Part shown: one piece after another, positions 9,771-18,177 of the stretch
Layout: each line of letters opens with the position of its first letter
Numbering within the stretch: the stretch's first letter is position 1
DNA from: an uncultured Chitinophaga sp.
Lineage (GTDB): Bacteria > Bacteroidota > Bacteroidia > Chitinophagales > Chitinophagaceae
DNA: 34,277 nt
Assembly (NCBI GenBank): GCA_964561675.1
Contig: CAZLRY010000002.1
Coordinates: 1 to 34,277 of the forward strand
Direction of reading: 5' to 3'
Position numbers and translations under genes: made by a program
Notes under the pieces: generated by a model
The model's input: only the letters and a program-made list of their open reading frames with translations
Told to the model about the DNA's origin: nothing
Database searches by the model: none

Positions 9771-10931
9771 ATGCAAATACCGTTCTGGATCCAGATTATC
9801 ATCATCGGAGGGTCTGCCATCATGCTGACCCTCGCCATTTACCTGATGTCGGTATTCAACAGACTGTTTACCGGTATACCCAATCAATGGCTAAGGAAAA
9901 ACCTGGCTGTTCTACTCGTGGCCATTTGTTTTATGTTTTCCCTGACGGCCATTTCATCTGAACTCTTCGTGGAAGCAGCCCAGAAAGGTTGGGCAAAAGC
10001 GGCTTTATTCCAGGTACTGAATACCATACTCATCACTTTCTTTGTCTATAATTCTTTTCTTCTGGTCAACCGGATCAAATCGCTGAAACAACTCAGTTTT
10101 GTCCGCTATCATGCGGTCATCATTCTTACGATTATTGTCTCTGCCTTGATCATCTATACCGGGATCAATTATTTTGAAAACGGGATGAAATTTGTAAAAC
10201 TCAAAGCCACGTTGCTTTTCAGCTTTTATAATGCGGCCACGGCCGGACTGATTTATGCATCGGTTAGTTATGTGGAACTGGACCGTAAGCGGAAACTGAA
10301 TGAAAAAGAACTGGAAGTTACCCGCCTGATGGCGCTGAAGACCAAGGCAGAACTGGATGCGCTGCATTCCAAAGTGAATCCGCATTTTCTGTACAATGCA
10401 CTTAATTCTATTGCTGATCTGTCTGTTACAGATGGCAAAAAAGCCCGGCGTATGACCATTGCCCTGGCAGACTTGTTCCGGTACAGCATTAATTACAGCC
10501 AGAATAATTTCTCCAGTGTAAATGATGAAGTGGCGATGACGGAAGTTTACCTGCAGATTGAGAAGATCCGTTTTGAGGATCAGCTCAATTACACAGTGGC
10601 GCTAGAACCAGAGGCCGGACATTACCTGTTACCCCGGTTTCTCCTGCAACCCCTGGTGGAGAATGCGGTGAAGCATGGGTTGAAAGCTACCGGACTGATG
10701 ACCGAGATTCACCTGAGTGTAAATATACAGGGAGAGCAAATGCAGATTTCTATCGCGGATAATGGTCCCGCATTTCCGGATGAGCTCACACCCGGTTATG
10801 GCGTAAAAAGTGTATACGATAAAATGGACCTGTTATTTCCCGGCCTCTATGAAATACGGTTTATCAATCAACCGGAAAAACAAGTGGTACTTACATTAAA
10901 TAAACTGATCAAGAATGAACCGGTTATTTAA
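9771..10931 (+). CDS. LytS/YehU-family membrane sensor histidine kinase
   Basis: Several N-terminal TM helices; H-box AELDALHSKVNPHFLYNALNSI; YLQIEKIRF; LQPLVENAVKHG; DNG. Confidence 0.92.
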   Translation: MQIPFWIQIIIIGGSAIMLTLAIYLMSVFNRLFTGIPNQWLRKNLAVLLVAICFMFSLTAISSELFVEAAQKGWAKAALFQVLNTILITFFVYNSFLLVNRIKSLKQLSFVRYHAVIILTIIVSALIIYTGINYFENGMKFVKLKATLLFSFYNAATAGLIYASVSYVELDRKRKLNEKELEVTRLMALKTKAELDALHSKVNPHFLYNALNSIADLSVTDGKKARRMTIALADLFRYSINYSQNNFSSVNDEVAMTEVYLQIEKIRFEDQLNYTVALEPEAGHYLLPRFLLQPLVENAVKHGLKATGLMTEIHLSVNIQGEQMQISIADNGPAFPDELTPGYGVKSVYDKMDLLFPGLYEIRFINQPEKQVVLTLNKLIKNEPVI

Positions 10932-11688
10932 AACGATTGTCATTGATGATGAGCCGGCTGCCCGCCGTCTCATGAAAAGCCTGTTAGCTGAATTCAGTGG
11001 AAGTATTGAAGTGATTGACGAGGCGGGAAACGGGAGGGAAGCTATTGAGAAAATTCACGCCCTCCGTCCGGATCTTATTTTTCTGGATATTCAGATGCCC
11101 GACCTCACCGGTTTTGAAGTAATTGAACAGCTCGATTATAAACCCAATATTATTTTCACCACCGCTTACGAGCAATATGCCATCAAGGCCTTTGAAAGTT
11201 TTTCCATTGATTACCTCCTGAAACCGATCAAGGAAGAACGACTGGAGCAAAGTATCCGGAAATTAACGGAGTTTGGAAAAATTGCAGGACCAGGTCCGGG
11301 CATTGATGTGAGCGGACTTCAGGAAATAATCCGTCAATTACAGGCCCCACCCAAAGCAACCGCCTTGCCGATCAAAATAGGGGACCGGATCATCCTGCTG
11401 CGCTTTGAACAGATTGCTTATATGGAAGCGGAGGACAAATATGTTTACATACATACGACTGAAGGTGTCAAGCACCTGACGGATCATTCCCTTACCACCC
11501 TTTCCGAAAAACTGCCTTCCCAGTTTTACCGCATTCAGAAATCGTATATTATCAATAAGGACCGCATCCGTGAGATGCACCGGCATTTTAATGGCCGTTA
11601 TCTCTTTATAATGGACGATAAAGCCGGAACCCGGCTTACCTCCGGCCGCACTTATGCGGAAGCAATTCGGGCTGAATTTGGGCTCTAG
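10915..11688 (+). CDS. LytTR-family response regulator
   Basis: Receiver IDDEP...FLDIQMP...FTTAY...DYLLKP; LytTR domain IAYMEAEDKYV...FYRIQKSYIIN. Overlaps the kinase stop codon. Confidence 0.94.
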   Translation: MNRLFKTIVIDDEPAARRLMKSLLAEFSGSIEVIDEAGNGREAIEKIHALRPDLIFLDIQMPDLTGFEVIEQLDYKPNIIFTTAYEQYAIKAFESFSIDYLLKPIKEERLEQSIRKLTEFGKIAGPGPGIDVSGLQEIIRQLQAPPKATALPIKIGDRIILLRFEQIAYMEAEDKYVYIHTTEGVKHLTDHSLTTLSEKLPSQFYRIQKSYIINKDRIREMHRHFNGRYLFIMDDKAGTRLTSGRTYAEAIRAEFGL

Positions 11689-11788
11689 AGAGATCTTCCA
11701 CCTGCCCCCAATCCTTATTTACTATTGACCGTGGTCAATATTCCGTCTATCCGTCTAAATCGCCATTAATACGAAACAAGGGCTGATT

Positions 11789-11815
11789 TGTAACCCGGTT
11801 TGCCTCAAACCGTCA
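11789..11815 (+). promoter_or_regulatory. Putative ECF-sigma promoter for the outer-membrane receptor
   Basis: TGTAAC (11789-11794)-N16-CGTCA (11811-11815) fits the generic ECF AAC/CGT bipartite consensus. Confidence 0.5.
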
Positions 11816-11951
11816 TACTTCCATACTTAGAAACGGCCGAACATCCCTGAAACAGGCCGTTTAATTTAAAACAATGAACTATGTAATGCAAAGTACTGAA
11901 TTTTGGGATGTAATATTCAAAGGCAGGTACTACACATTAAAATCAACGATT

Positions 11952-14417
11952 ATGAGATATTTTAAACATTTTATGGCAATCGCCCTTCTGGCTGTATCGA
12001 TGATAAGCCAGGCCCAGAACGGAACAGGCCGGATTAAGGGTACCGTAACTGATGGTAGTGCAAAAATCCTGGAATCGGCTACCATTACCCTTTTAAGGGC
12101 CAGCGACTCGAGTGTGGCAAAAATCAGTGTCGCCGACCGCAATGGGCGGTTTGAATTTGAGGGAGTGGCAGCGGGCAGGTACTTCGTACGTATTTCAGCC
12201 GTTGGGCATGAAAAGGGCTATTCTGAGACTGTTGAACTGAATGACACCAATGAGCTGATCGTGTTAAAAAACATCGACCTGATCCCACAGCCCAAATCCA
12301 TGGGCGGGGTTACAGTAACTGCCAAAAAACCGCTTATCGAGCAACGGATTGATAAGACCGTCGTGAATGTAGAGGCATCGGTAACCAATGTGGGTACATC
12401 AGCCATGGAAGTATTGGAAAAATCGCCGGGTATCTCTGTTGATAAGGATGGTAATATCAGTTTGAAAGGAAAACAGGGCGTACAGGTATTTATCGATGGC
12501 CGTCCCAGTTATTTATCCGGTACCGACCTGGCCAATTACCTGCGCAGCCTCAGCAGCAATCAGCTGGACCAGATTGAGATTATGACGAATCCTCCGGCCA
12601 AATACGATGCAGCCGGCAACAGCGGTATAATTAATATCAAAACAAAGAAGACCAAACAGTTTGGATATAATGGTTCCATCTCCACCACCTGGAGCCAGGG
12701 TCGCTATCCCAAATTCAATGAGTCGGTAACATTTAATTACCGGAAAAATAAAGTCAATTTTTTCACCACCCTGGGTTATAATAACCGGAAAAACTTTCAG
12801 GATCTCGACATACAACGGAAATTCATTGAGTCGTCCACTAAAGAAGTACGTTCCTACTTTGACCAGGAATCCAGGATGCGGGATAATAGCGAGAATTTCA
12901 ATGCCAAACTCGGCTTTGATTATTTTGCCACAAAGAAAACCACTTTTGGAATTGTGCTGAATGGATTTAATAATCCCGGAACCTTTGGTAACAGCAGTGA
13001 TGTACTGATCTCCGACCCCAACCGGACCTTATTGAGCCGGACTTTTGCCAGTGCATCGAATGATAAGAAATGGCAGAACTACAGTGCCAATCTGAATTTC
13101 AGGCATGTGTTTGATTCCACCGGTCGTGAATTAACGGCAGATGCGGATTTCCTGACCTACAACAGTACCAACCTGCAGGACCTGGTGAATGCGTATTATG
13201 ATGCAAGTGGTGCACCCCTGATGAAAGCTGATACTTTACTGGGCAGCCTGCCCCAGGATATCCATATCTATTCTGGTAAAATGGATTATGTTCATCCGCT
13301 GGCCAAGGGGGCCCGGTTTGAAGCGGGAGTGAAGACCAGTTTTGTAAACACGGATAATAATGCCATTTACGACAGCCTGAATTATGGCATCCGGGTCAGG
13401 GACTTCGGGCGCAGCAATCATTTCATTTATGAGGAGAATATCAATGCGGCCTATGTCAATTACAGCCGCCCGTTGTCAAAGAAACTGACCGCACAACTGG
13501 GACTGCGTCTGGAAAACACCAATGCAAAAGGTAACCAGGTAACGACTGGCGATAAATTCAAAAGAAACTATACCCAGTTATTTCCAACCGCCTTTCTGCA
13601 GTATACGGCGGATGAAAAAAACACATTCGGACTGAATTATGGCCGCCGGGTGGAGCGTCCTGATTATGAAGACCTGAATCCGTTTATCATGTTCCTGGAC
13701 AAATACACATTTGAGCAGGGGAATCCCAACCTGCAACCCCAGTTCTCCCAGAATATTGAACTGAGTCATACTTATAAAGGATTTCTGAATACCACCCTGA
13801 ACTATACCCGTACCACCGATATCATGAATGATGTGCTGGAACAGGATCCGGACAAAAACGAAACAGTGATCCGCAAGCAGAATATTGCCAAACAAAGGCA
13901 GTATGGGATTGCCGTTAGTGCAGGCGGGCAGTTGAATAAATGGTGGACCGGAAATATCTATGCCAACCTGTTCAATAACCGTTTTGAAGGAATCCTTAAT
14001 GGCGATCCCGTAACGATCAGTGCCACTACCGGACAGTTCAATGCCAATAACCAGTTTAAACTGGGCAAAACACTCAGTGCAGAACTTGGCGGTTTCTATA
14101 TGACAGGTGGAGTGGAAGGAGTGTTCCGGATCAAAGGATTCGGGATGATGAATATGGGATTCAGCAAACAGGTATTCAAAGGCAAAGGAACTTTACGGCT
14201 GAATATGCGTGATGTGCTGTACTCACAGAAAATTAAAGGGACCATTAAATACAGTAATATCGATGCCGCTTTTCAGCAACGCCGGGATTCCCGCCAGGTA
14301 GCGCTTGGATTCACCTACCGTTTCAGTAAGGGTAAAATGAATAACAACGGGCAGAAGCGGAAAACAGGCGGCGCCTCCGATGAGCAGAACCGCGTAAAAA
14401 CAGGGGGCGATAATTAA
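11952..14417 (+). CDS. TonB-dependent-receptor-like outer-membrane beta-barrel protein with N-terminal carboxypeptidase-regulatory-like domain
   Basis: Signal peptide fits ATG 11952 (MRYFKHF...SQA-Q) better than 11874; GRIKGTVTD...ATITLL N-domain; plug EVLEKSPGISVD...IEIMTNPPAKYDAAG-SGIINI; GNPNLQPQF; FTYRF near the C-terminus. Confidence 0.88.
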   Translation: MRYFKHFMAIALLAVSMISQAQNGTGRIKGTVTDGSAKILESATITLLRASDSSVAKISVADRNGRFEFEGVAAGRYFVRISAVGHEKGYSETVELNDTNELIVLKNIDLIPQPKSMGGVTVTAKKPLIEQRIDKTVVNVEASVTNVGTSAMEVLEKSPGISVDKDGNISLKGKQGVQVFIDGRPSYLSGTDLANYLRSLSSNQLDQIEIMTNPPAKYDAAGNSGIINIKTKKTKQFGYNGSISTTWSQGRYPKFNESVTFNYRKNKVNFFTTLGYNNRKNFQDLDIQRKFIESSTKEVRSYFDQESRMRDNSENFNAKLGFDYFATKKTTFGIVLNGFNNPGTFGNSSDVLISDPNRTLLSRTFASASNDKKWQNYSANLNFRHVFDSTGRELTADADFLTYNSTNLQDLVNAYYDASGAPLMKADTLLGSLPQDIHIYSGKMDYVHPLAKGARFEAGVKTSFVNTDNNAIYDSLNYGIRVRDFGRSNHFIYEENINAAYVNYSRPLSKKLTAQLGLRLENTNAKGNQVTTGDKFKRNYTQLFPTAFLQYTADEKNTFGLNYGRRVERPDYEDLNPFIMFLDKYTFEQGNPNLQPQFSQNIELSHTYKGFLNTTLNYTRTTDIMNDVLEQDPDKNETVIRKQNIAKQRQYGIAVSAGGQLNKWWTGNIYANLFNNRFEGILNGDPVTISATTGQFNANNQFKLGKTLSAELGGFYMTGGVEGVFRIKGFGMMNMGFSKQVFKGKGTLRLNMRDVLYSQKIKGTIKYSNIDAAFQQRRDSRQVALGFTYRFSKGKMNNNGQKRKTGGASDEQNRVKTGGDN

Positions 14418-14443
14418 AACCTTATCCATTAAATCTTTTCCAG

Positions 14444-14472
14444 AGTCCGGCCGCTGCGGCCGGACTTTTTTT
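14444..14472 (+). terminator. Intrinsic terminator after the receptor gene
   Basis: AGTCCGGCCGC-T-GCGGCCGGACT perfect inverted repeat followed by a T run. Confidence 0.88.
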
Positions 14473-14479
14473 ATATTTG
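14472..14479 (+). promoter_or_regulatory. -7 promoter element for yajQ, abutting the upstream terminator tail
   Basis: TATATTTG 22 nt upstream of the ATG at 14502. Confidence 0.6.
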
Positions 14480-14501
14480 TAAAATACCAAAACGAACAAC
14501 T

Positions 14502-14993
14502 ATGCCATCCTTTGATATTGTCAGTAAAGTAGAAGCCCAGGCACTCGACAATGCCGTCAATGTAACCAACAAAGAAATCACAAACCGGTTTGATTTTAAA
14601 GGGTCCCATGTGGTGATTAACCTGGATAAAAAGGAGTTTCTGCTCAAGCTGGAAACCGATGACGATATGAAAATGGGACAACTGATTGATGTATTGATCA
14701 ACCGGGCCCATAAACAGGGGATTGCACCCGAGGCTTTTGATGCATCCAAAGCAGGAGCCCAAAGCGGGAAGGTCTGGAAAAAAGAAGTGAAAGTCAGGAA
14801 TGGCCTGGTACAGGAAGATGCCAAAAAGATCGTCAAGCTGATAAAAGACGCCGGGCTGAAGGTACAGGCATCAATCAATGATGACCTGGTACGGGTAACG
14901 GGAAAGAAAATAGATGACCTGCAGTCGGTGATCCAGCTCTGCAAAACAGCCAATCTCGGGTTCCCGCTTCAATATGTGAATATGCGGGATTAA
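14502..14993 (+). CDS. yajQ: YajQ family nucleotide/c-di-GMP-binding protein
   Basis: MPSFDIVSKV...NAVN...NRFDFKGS; AKKIVKLIKD.GLKVQASI; VRVTGKKIDDLQ; LQYVNMRD. Confidence 0.95.
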   Translation: MPSFDIVSKVEAQALDNAVNVTNKEITNRFDFKGSHVVINLDKKEFLLKLETDDDMKMGQLIDVLINRAHKQGIAPEAFDASKAGAQSGKVWKKEVKVRNGLVQEDAKKIVKLIKDAGLKVQASINDDLVRVTGKKIDDLQSVIQLCKTANLGFPLQYVNMRD

Positions 14994-15063
14994 ATGGGGG
15001 ATAAGCGGCTATTTCAGGTGCATAATTAAGTGCAGAATGGGTGCATATCATATTGGCTGAAAA

Positions 15064-15096
15064 TTTGGAAACAGGGTTTTAAAAAGATTAGATTTG
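15064..15096 (+). promoter_or_regulatory. Complete Bacteroidota -33/-7 promoter with no adjacent ORF
   Basis: TTTG (15064-15067)-N21-TAGATTTG (15089-15096). Confidence 0.65.
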
Positions 15097-15100
15097 GTAT

Positions 15101-15277
15101 ACAACTGCACGATGTCTTAGCAATAAGACAGAAATGCAAAAGGGGATTCAGAAGCCTTTCAAACGGTGGAAAATCTCCGGAAACAGCCCTTCAATAAGGC
15201 GGTTTTCAGAAAGCGTCGGGTAAGTAAGTGGAAGGCGAAAGCCGGAAACTGAGCTCACTTGGCGCTTTCATCTTTTT
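15101..15277 (+). ncRNA. Candidate structured non-coding RNA, family unassigned
   Basis: Lies downstream of its own promoter. GNRA-capped hairpins TGTCTTA-GCAA-TAAGACA and GGC-GAAA-GCC; long G-U-rich 3' stem GAAAGCGTCGGG...CTTGGCGCTTTC followed by ATCTTTTT; no credible ORF. Ends are approximate. Confidence 0.55.
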
Positions 15278-15286
15278 GCCCCTTTA

Positions 15287-15318
15287 TTTGGCCGAAAGCC
15301 GCTTCCGGCCTATATTTG
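15287..15318 (+). promoter_or_regulatory. -33/-7 promoter for rpmE2
   Basis: TTTG (15287-15290)-N20-TATATTTG (15311-15318). Confidence 0.7.
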
Positions 15319-15381
15319 CAACCCAAATTTATCTATTCATCTATACGGCAAAATCCGTATAGCCTTAAAAATCATAGTATT

Positions 15382-15630
15382 ATGAAAAAAGGACTCCATC
15401 CCGACAGCTACCGGTTAGTAGTTTTTAAAGACATGAGTAACGGACATTCTTTCCTGAGCCGTTCTACCGCCGCTTCCAAAGAAACCGTTCAGTGGGAAGA
15501 TGGTAAAGATTATCCCCTGATCAAGCTGGAGATTTCGAACATGTCGCACCCCTTCTTTACCGGTAAAAACATGCTGGTGGATACGGCAGGACGTATCGAC
15601 AAATTCAACAAGAAGTACGCAAAAAAATAA
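15382..15630 (+). CDS. rpmE2: 50S ribosomal protein L31 type B (82 aa, no cysteines)
   Basis: [17 protein letters not shown]...[36 protein letters not shown]. Likely start is ATG 15382, not the TTG at 15259. Confidence 0.95.
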   Translation: MKKGLHPDSYRLVVFKDMSNGHSFLSRSTAASKETVQWEDGKDYPLIKLEISNMSHPFFTGKNMLVDTAGRIDKFNKKYAKK

Positions 15631-15646
15631 GAAAAACATTAACTTG

Positions 15647-15682
15647 TGCAGAGCTCTTTGCGAAAGCGAGGAGTTTTGTTTT
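15647..15682 (+). terminator. Terminator-like hairpin 1 after rpmE2
   Basis: GCAGAGCTCTTTGC-GAAA-GCGAGGAGTTTTGT (14 bp with several G-U pairs) followed by TTTT. Confidence 0.6.
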
Positions 15683-15697
15683 TCATGGCTATACTTT

Positions 15698-15732
15698 AAA
15701 CCTCCCGGTTCTCCGGGAGGTTGTTTATTTTT
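15698..15732 (+). terminator. Terminator-like hairpin 2 after rpmE2
   Basis: AACCTCCCGG-TTCT-CCGGGAGGTT followed by GTTTATTTTT. Confidence 0.7.
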
Positions 15733-15749
15733 ACACATATTTCCACTCC

Positions 15750-16928
15750 ATGAACAAGATCATTTTTACGGAGGAGTTCTGCCAGCCGGAAAAACTCCAT
15801 CCATTTACCCTCACCCGCCAACTCCAGGATATCCGGGTAGGCATCCTGACCATCCGGGAGAAATGGGAGAAAATGCTCGGTCTTCCTTCGTTTGATAAAA
15901 AAGAAGACGATTATAAGGATCTTTCCCGCGCTGTCGATGTGGAAGCCGTGATTGGCAAAGACGATTGCTTTATGATTCATGGGAATGTGCTGCCTTCCCC
16001 TTCGCTGGTCAAAGCAATCCGGCTATTGAAAAACGGGGAATGCATTGCCACCCTCGACGGCTATAATATCGCTTACCGTTTCAGCCGTAAGCAAATGACC
16101 GATAAACACCGGATCAGGGTATCCCGCGTGGTGAGTTTTAAAGAAGCAATTCAGACCATTCAATACCCCTGGGATATCATCCGTTTAAATGACCAGGCCA
16201 TCCGGGAGGATTTTAAACTGCTTACGGCCCGCCGGAAATCACAGACAATCTCACGGACCAATAAAGTCATTAAACCCGGCCAGGTTTTTATTGAAAAAGG
16301 GGCCAGTGTGGAACATTGTATCATCAATGCATCCACAGGACCTGTTTATATCGGCAAGGAGGCCTCAATCATGGAAGGATGTCTCATCAGGGGGCCATTT
16401 GCGATGGGCGAGAAATCCTGCCTTAAAATGGGTACAAAGATATACGGTGCCACCACCCTTGGTCCGGGTTGTGTTGGGGGAGGAGAGATCAAGAATGCTG
16501 TACTTTTTGGTTATAGCAATAAAGCACATGAAGGCTACCTGGGTGATGCCGTGATCGGCGAATGGTGCAACCTGGGAGCAGGTACCAGCAATTCCAACCT
16601 GAAAAACAATGCCAGCCCCGTGAAAGTATGGACACCGGAAGGAGAAGTGGTGGCCGGCCCCAAATGCGGGGTGATGATGGGTGATTATTCTAAGACAGCC
16701 ATTAATACATCAATCAATACAGGTACGGTTATAGGTGTTAGTTGTAATGTATTTGGAAACGGGCTCACCCCTAAATTTATTCCGAGCTTTTCCTGGGGCA
16801 GTGAGGGGTTAAGCCGGTATCGTTTTGAAAAGGCAATGACCGATATTGAAGGATGGAAAAAACTAAAAGGAACCGTAATTTCGGCAGACGAAAAAATGAT
16901 CCTTCAGTATATCTTTGAAAAATTTTAA
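15750..16928 (+). CDS. GlmU-related putative sugar nucleotidyl/acyltransferase (Bacteroidota type)
   Basis: N-terminal LHPFTLTRQLQDIRVGILTIREKW; hexapeptide repeats GPVYIGKEASIMEG; NKAHEGYLGDAVIGEWCNLGAGT; position between rpmE2 and tpiA is typical of Bacteroidota. Confidence 0.85.
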   Translation: MNKIIFTEEFCQPEKLHPFTLTRQLQDIRVGILTIREKWEKMLGLPSFDKKEDDYKDLSRAVDVEAVIGKDDCFMIHGNVLPSPSLVKAIRLLKNGECIATLDGYNIAYRFSRKQMTDKHRIRVSRVVSFKEAIQTIQYPWDIIRLNDQAIREDFKLLTARRKSQTISRTNKVIKPGQVFIEKGASVEHCIINASTGPVYIGKEASIMEGCLIRGPFAMGEKSCLKMGTKIYGATTLGPGCVGGGEIKNAVLFGYSNKAHEGYLGDAVIGEWCNLGAGTSNSNLKNNASPVKVWTPEGEVVAGPKCGVMMGDYSKTAINTSINTGTVIGVSCNVFGNGLTPKFIPSFSWGSEGLSRYRFEKAMTDIEGWKKLKGTVISADEKMILQYIFEKF

Positions 16929-16947
16929 ACCTGTTTAAAACTAAATA

Positions 16948-17709
16948 ATGAGAAAACAAATCGCCGCTGCAAACTGGAAAATGAATCTGACTTACCAGGA
17001 TGGGGAAAAACTGCTGGATGATATCCTGGATGCAGGAATCAGCCTGGCCCCGCACCAACATACCATTTTTGCAGTGCCCTTTCCATACCTGATCATGACA
17101 CGGAGCGAAGTAGCCGATGAATTTAATTATCATGCCGCTGCTCAGAACTGTCATCATAAAACCGCCGGTGCTTACACGGGTGAAGTATCCGTTGAAATGT
17201 TACAGTCAATCGGTGTGAACTATTGCGTGATCGGTCACAGCGAGCGCCGGGAATATAATGGGGAAACCAATGCAATGCTTGCCGAAAAAGTGAATCTCTG
17301 CCTAGAGACCGGGATCACCCCGATCTTTTGTTGCGGGGAACCGTTGAATATCCGGGAAGCCGGAACACAGAATGAATTTGTGGCTGCCCAATTAAAAGAA
17401 TCACTCTTTCATTTACCGGCAGAAAGTATGAAAGGGATCATCATTGCCTATGAACCGATCTGGGCGATTGGTACCGGTAAGACAGCCAGCACGGCCCAGG
17501 CACAGGAAATACACCAGTTTCTGCGGTCAGTGATTACGGATAAATACGGGACTGCATTGGCCAACGAAATTCCCATCCTGTATGGCGGAAGCGTGAAAGC
17601 CGGTAATGCCGCGGAATTATTTGCCTGCCCGGATGTGGATGGCGGATTGGTGGGAGGGGCATCCCTGGTGGCCAGTGATTTTATCGCAATTATCAAAGCC
17701 CTGAAATAA
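16948..17709 (+). CDS. tpiA: Triosephosphate isomerase
   Basis: AANWKMN, GAYTGEVS, IGHSERR, IAYEPIWAIGTG, LYGGSVK, DGGLVGGASL. Confidence 0.98.
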   Translation: MRKQIAAANWKMNLTYQDGEKLLDDILDAGISLAPHQHTIFAVPFPYLIMTRSEVADEFNYHAAAQNCHHKTAGAYTGEVSVEMLQSIGVNYCVIGHSERREYNGETNAMLAEKVNLCLETGITPIFCCGEPLNIREAGTQNEFVAAQLKESLFHLPAESMKGIIIAYEPIWAIGTGKTASTAQAQEIHQFLRSVITDKYGTALANEIPILYGGSVKAGNAAELFACPDVDGGLVGGASLVASDFIAIIKALK

Positions 17710-17784
17710 GCATAAAGGGCAGTGATAATGAATCCGTTTTTATCAACAAAACAGTAAGTTATTACTGCCCCCTATCATATTGTC

Positions 17785-18177
17785 TTGCAACGAAAGAATC
17801 AGGTGCTGCTCAGTTTTCTGAAAATAAAAGCAGTTGTGAACGGGCGTGAAATATACCCGCTTAGTAACACAAAACCGGTGGTGATTCCCGTGGGGGCCAA
17901 CAACCCCCGGATAGTGATTACGGATGGTTACCATATTACTACTCCTTTAAAACTGGTCTATACCGAATTGCCCGTCTATTGTTTTAAAGTGGCTTGTGCC
18001 ATCAGTGACCGGCAACTGCTGTTCGGATTCCTGATGATGGCGGGTTTGTATCTTTCCGGTTTTTATACCGGGCTCCTGGTTTTAAAAGTCTTCAGTTTTA
18101 TTCCGCTGATTTATTTACTTACATTCTATTACCTCAACCGTAAAGAATTTATCCGGCTCATACCGGTAACCAACTAA
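17785..18177 (+). CDS. Hypothetical membrane protein; start uncertain (in-frame ATG at 17728 is cut by TAA at 17755)
   Basis: Fills the gap after tpiA; two C-terminal hydrophobic helices; only TTG/GTG starts follow the in-frame stop. Confidence 0.6.
   Translation: MQRKNQVLLSFLKIKAVVNGREIYPLSNTKPVVIPVGANNPRIVITDGYHITTPLKLVYTELPVYCFKVACAISDRQLLFGFLMMAGLYLSGFYTGLLVLKVFSFIPLIYLLTFYYLNRKEFIRLIPVTN

Noticed and set aside
11874-11951. Upstream start for the outer-membrane receptor
   Set aside because: A typical signal peptide begins at ATG 11952; the extra 26 residues do not fit one.
15101-15145. c-di-GMP-I riboswitch assignment for the first hairpin (GCA...GNRA...GCAAA, next to yajQ)
   Set aside because: Lacks the GGCAAACC and GGACGCAAAGC consensus and the second receptor hairpin; resemblance is superficial and it lies downstream of yajQ.
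15259-15381. 41-aa N-terminal extension of L31 in the ORF track
   Set aside because: Spans the rpmE2 promoter; the L31 sequence starts at ATG 15382.
15644-15980. Short ORFs 15644..15895 (+) and 15696..15980 (-)
   Set aside because: Run through terminator hairpins and overlap the GlmU-like gene; no protein-like features.
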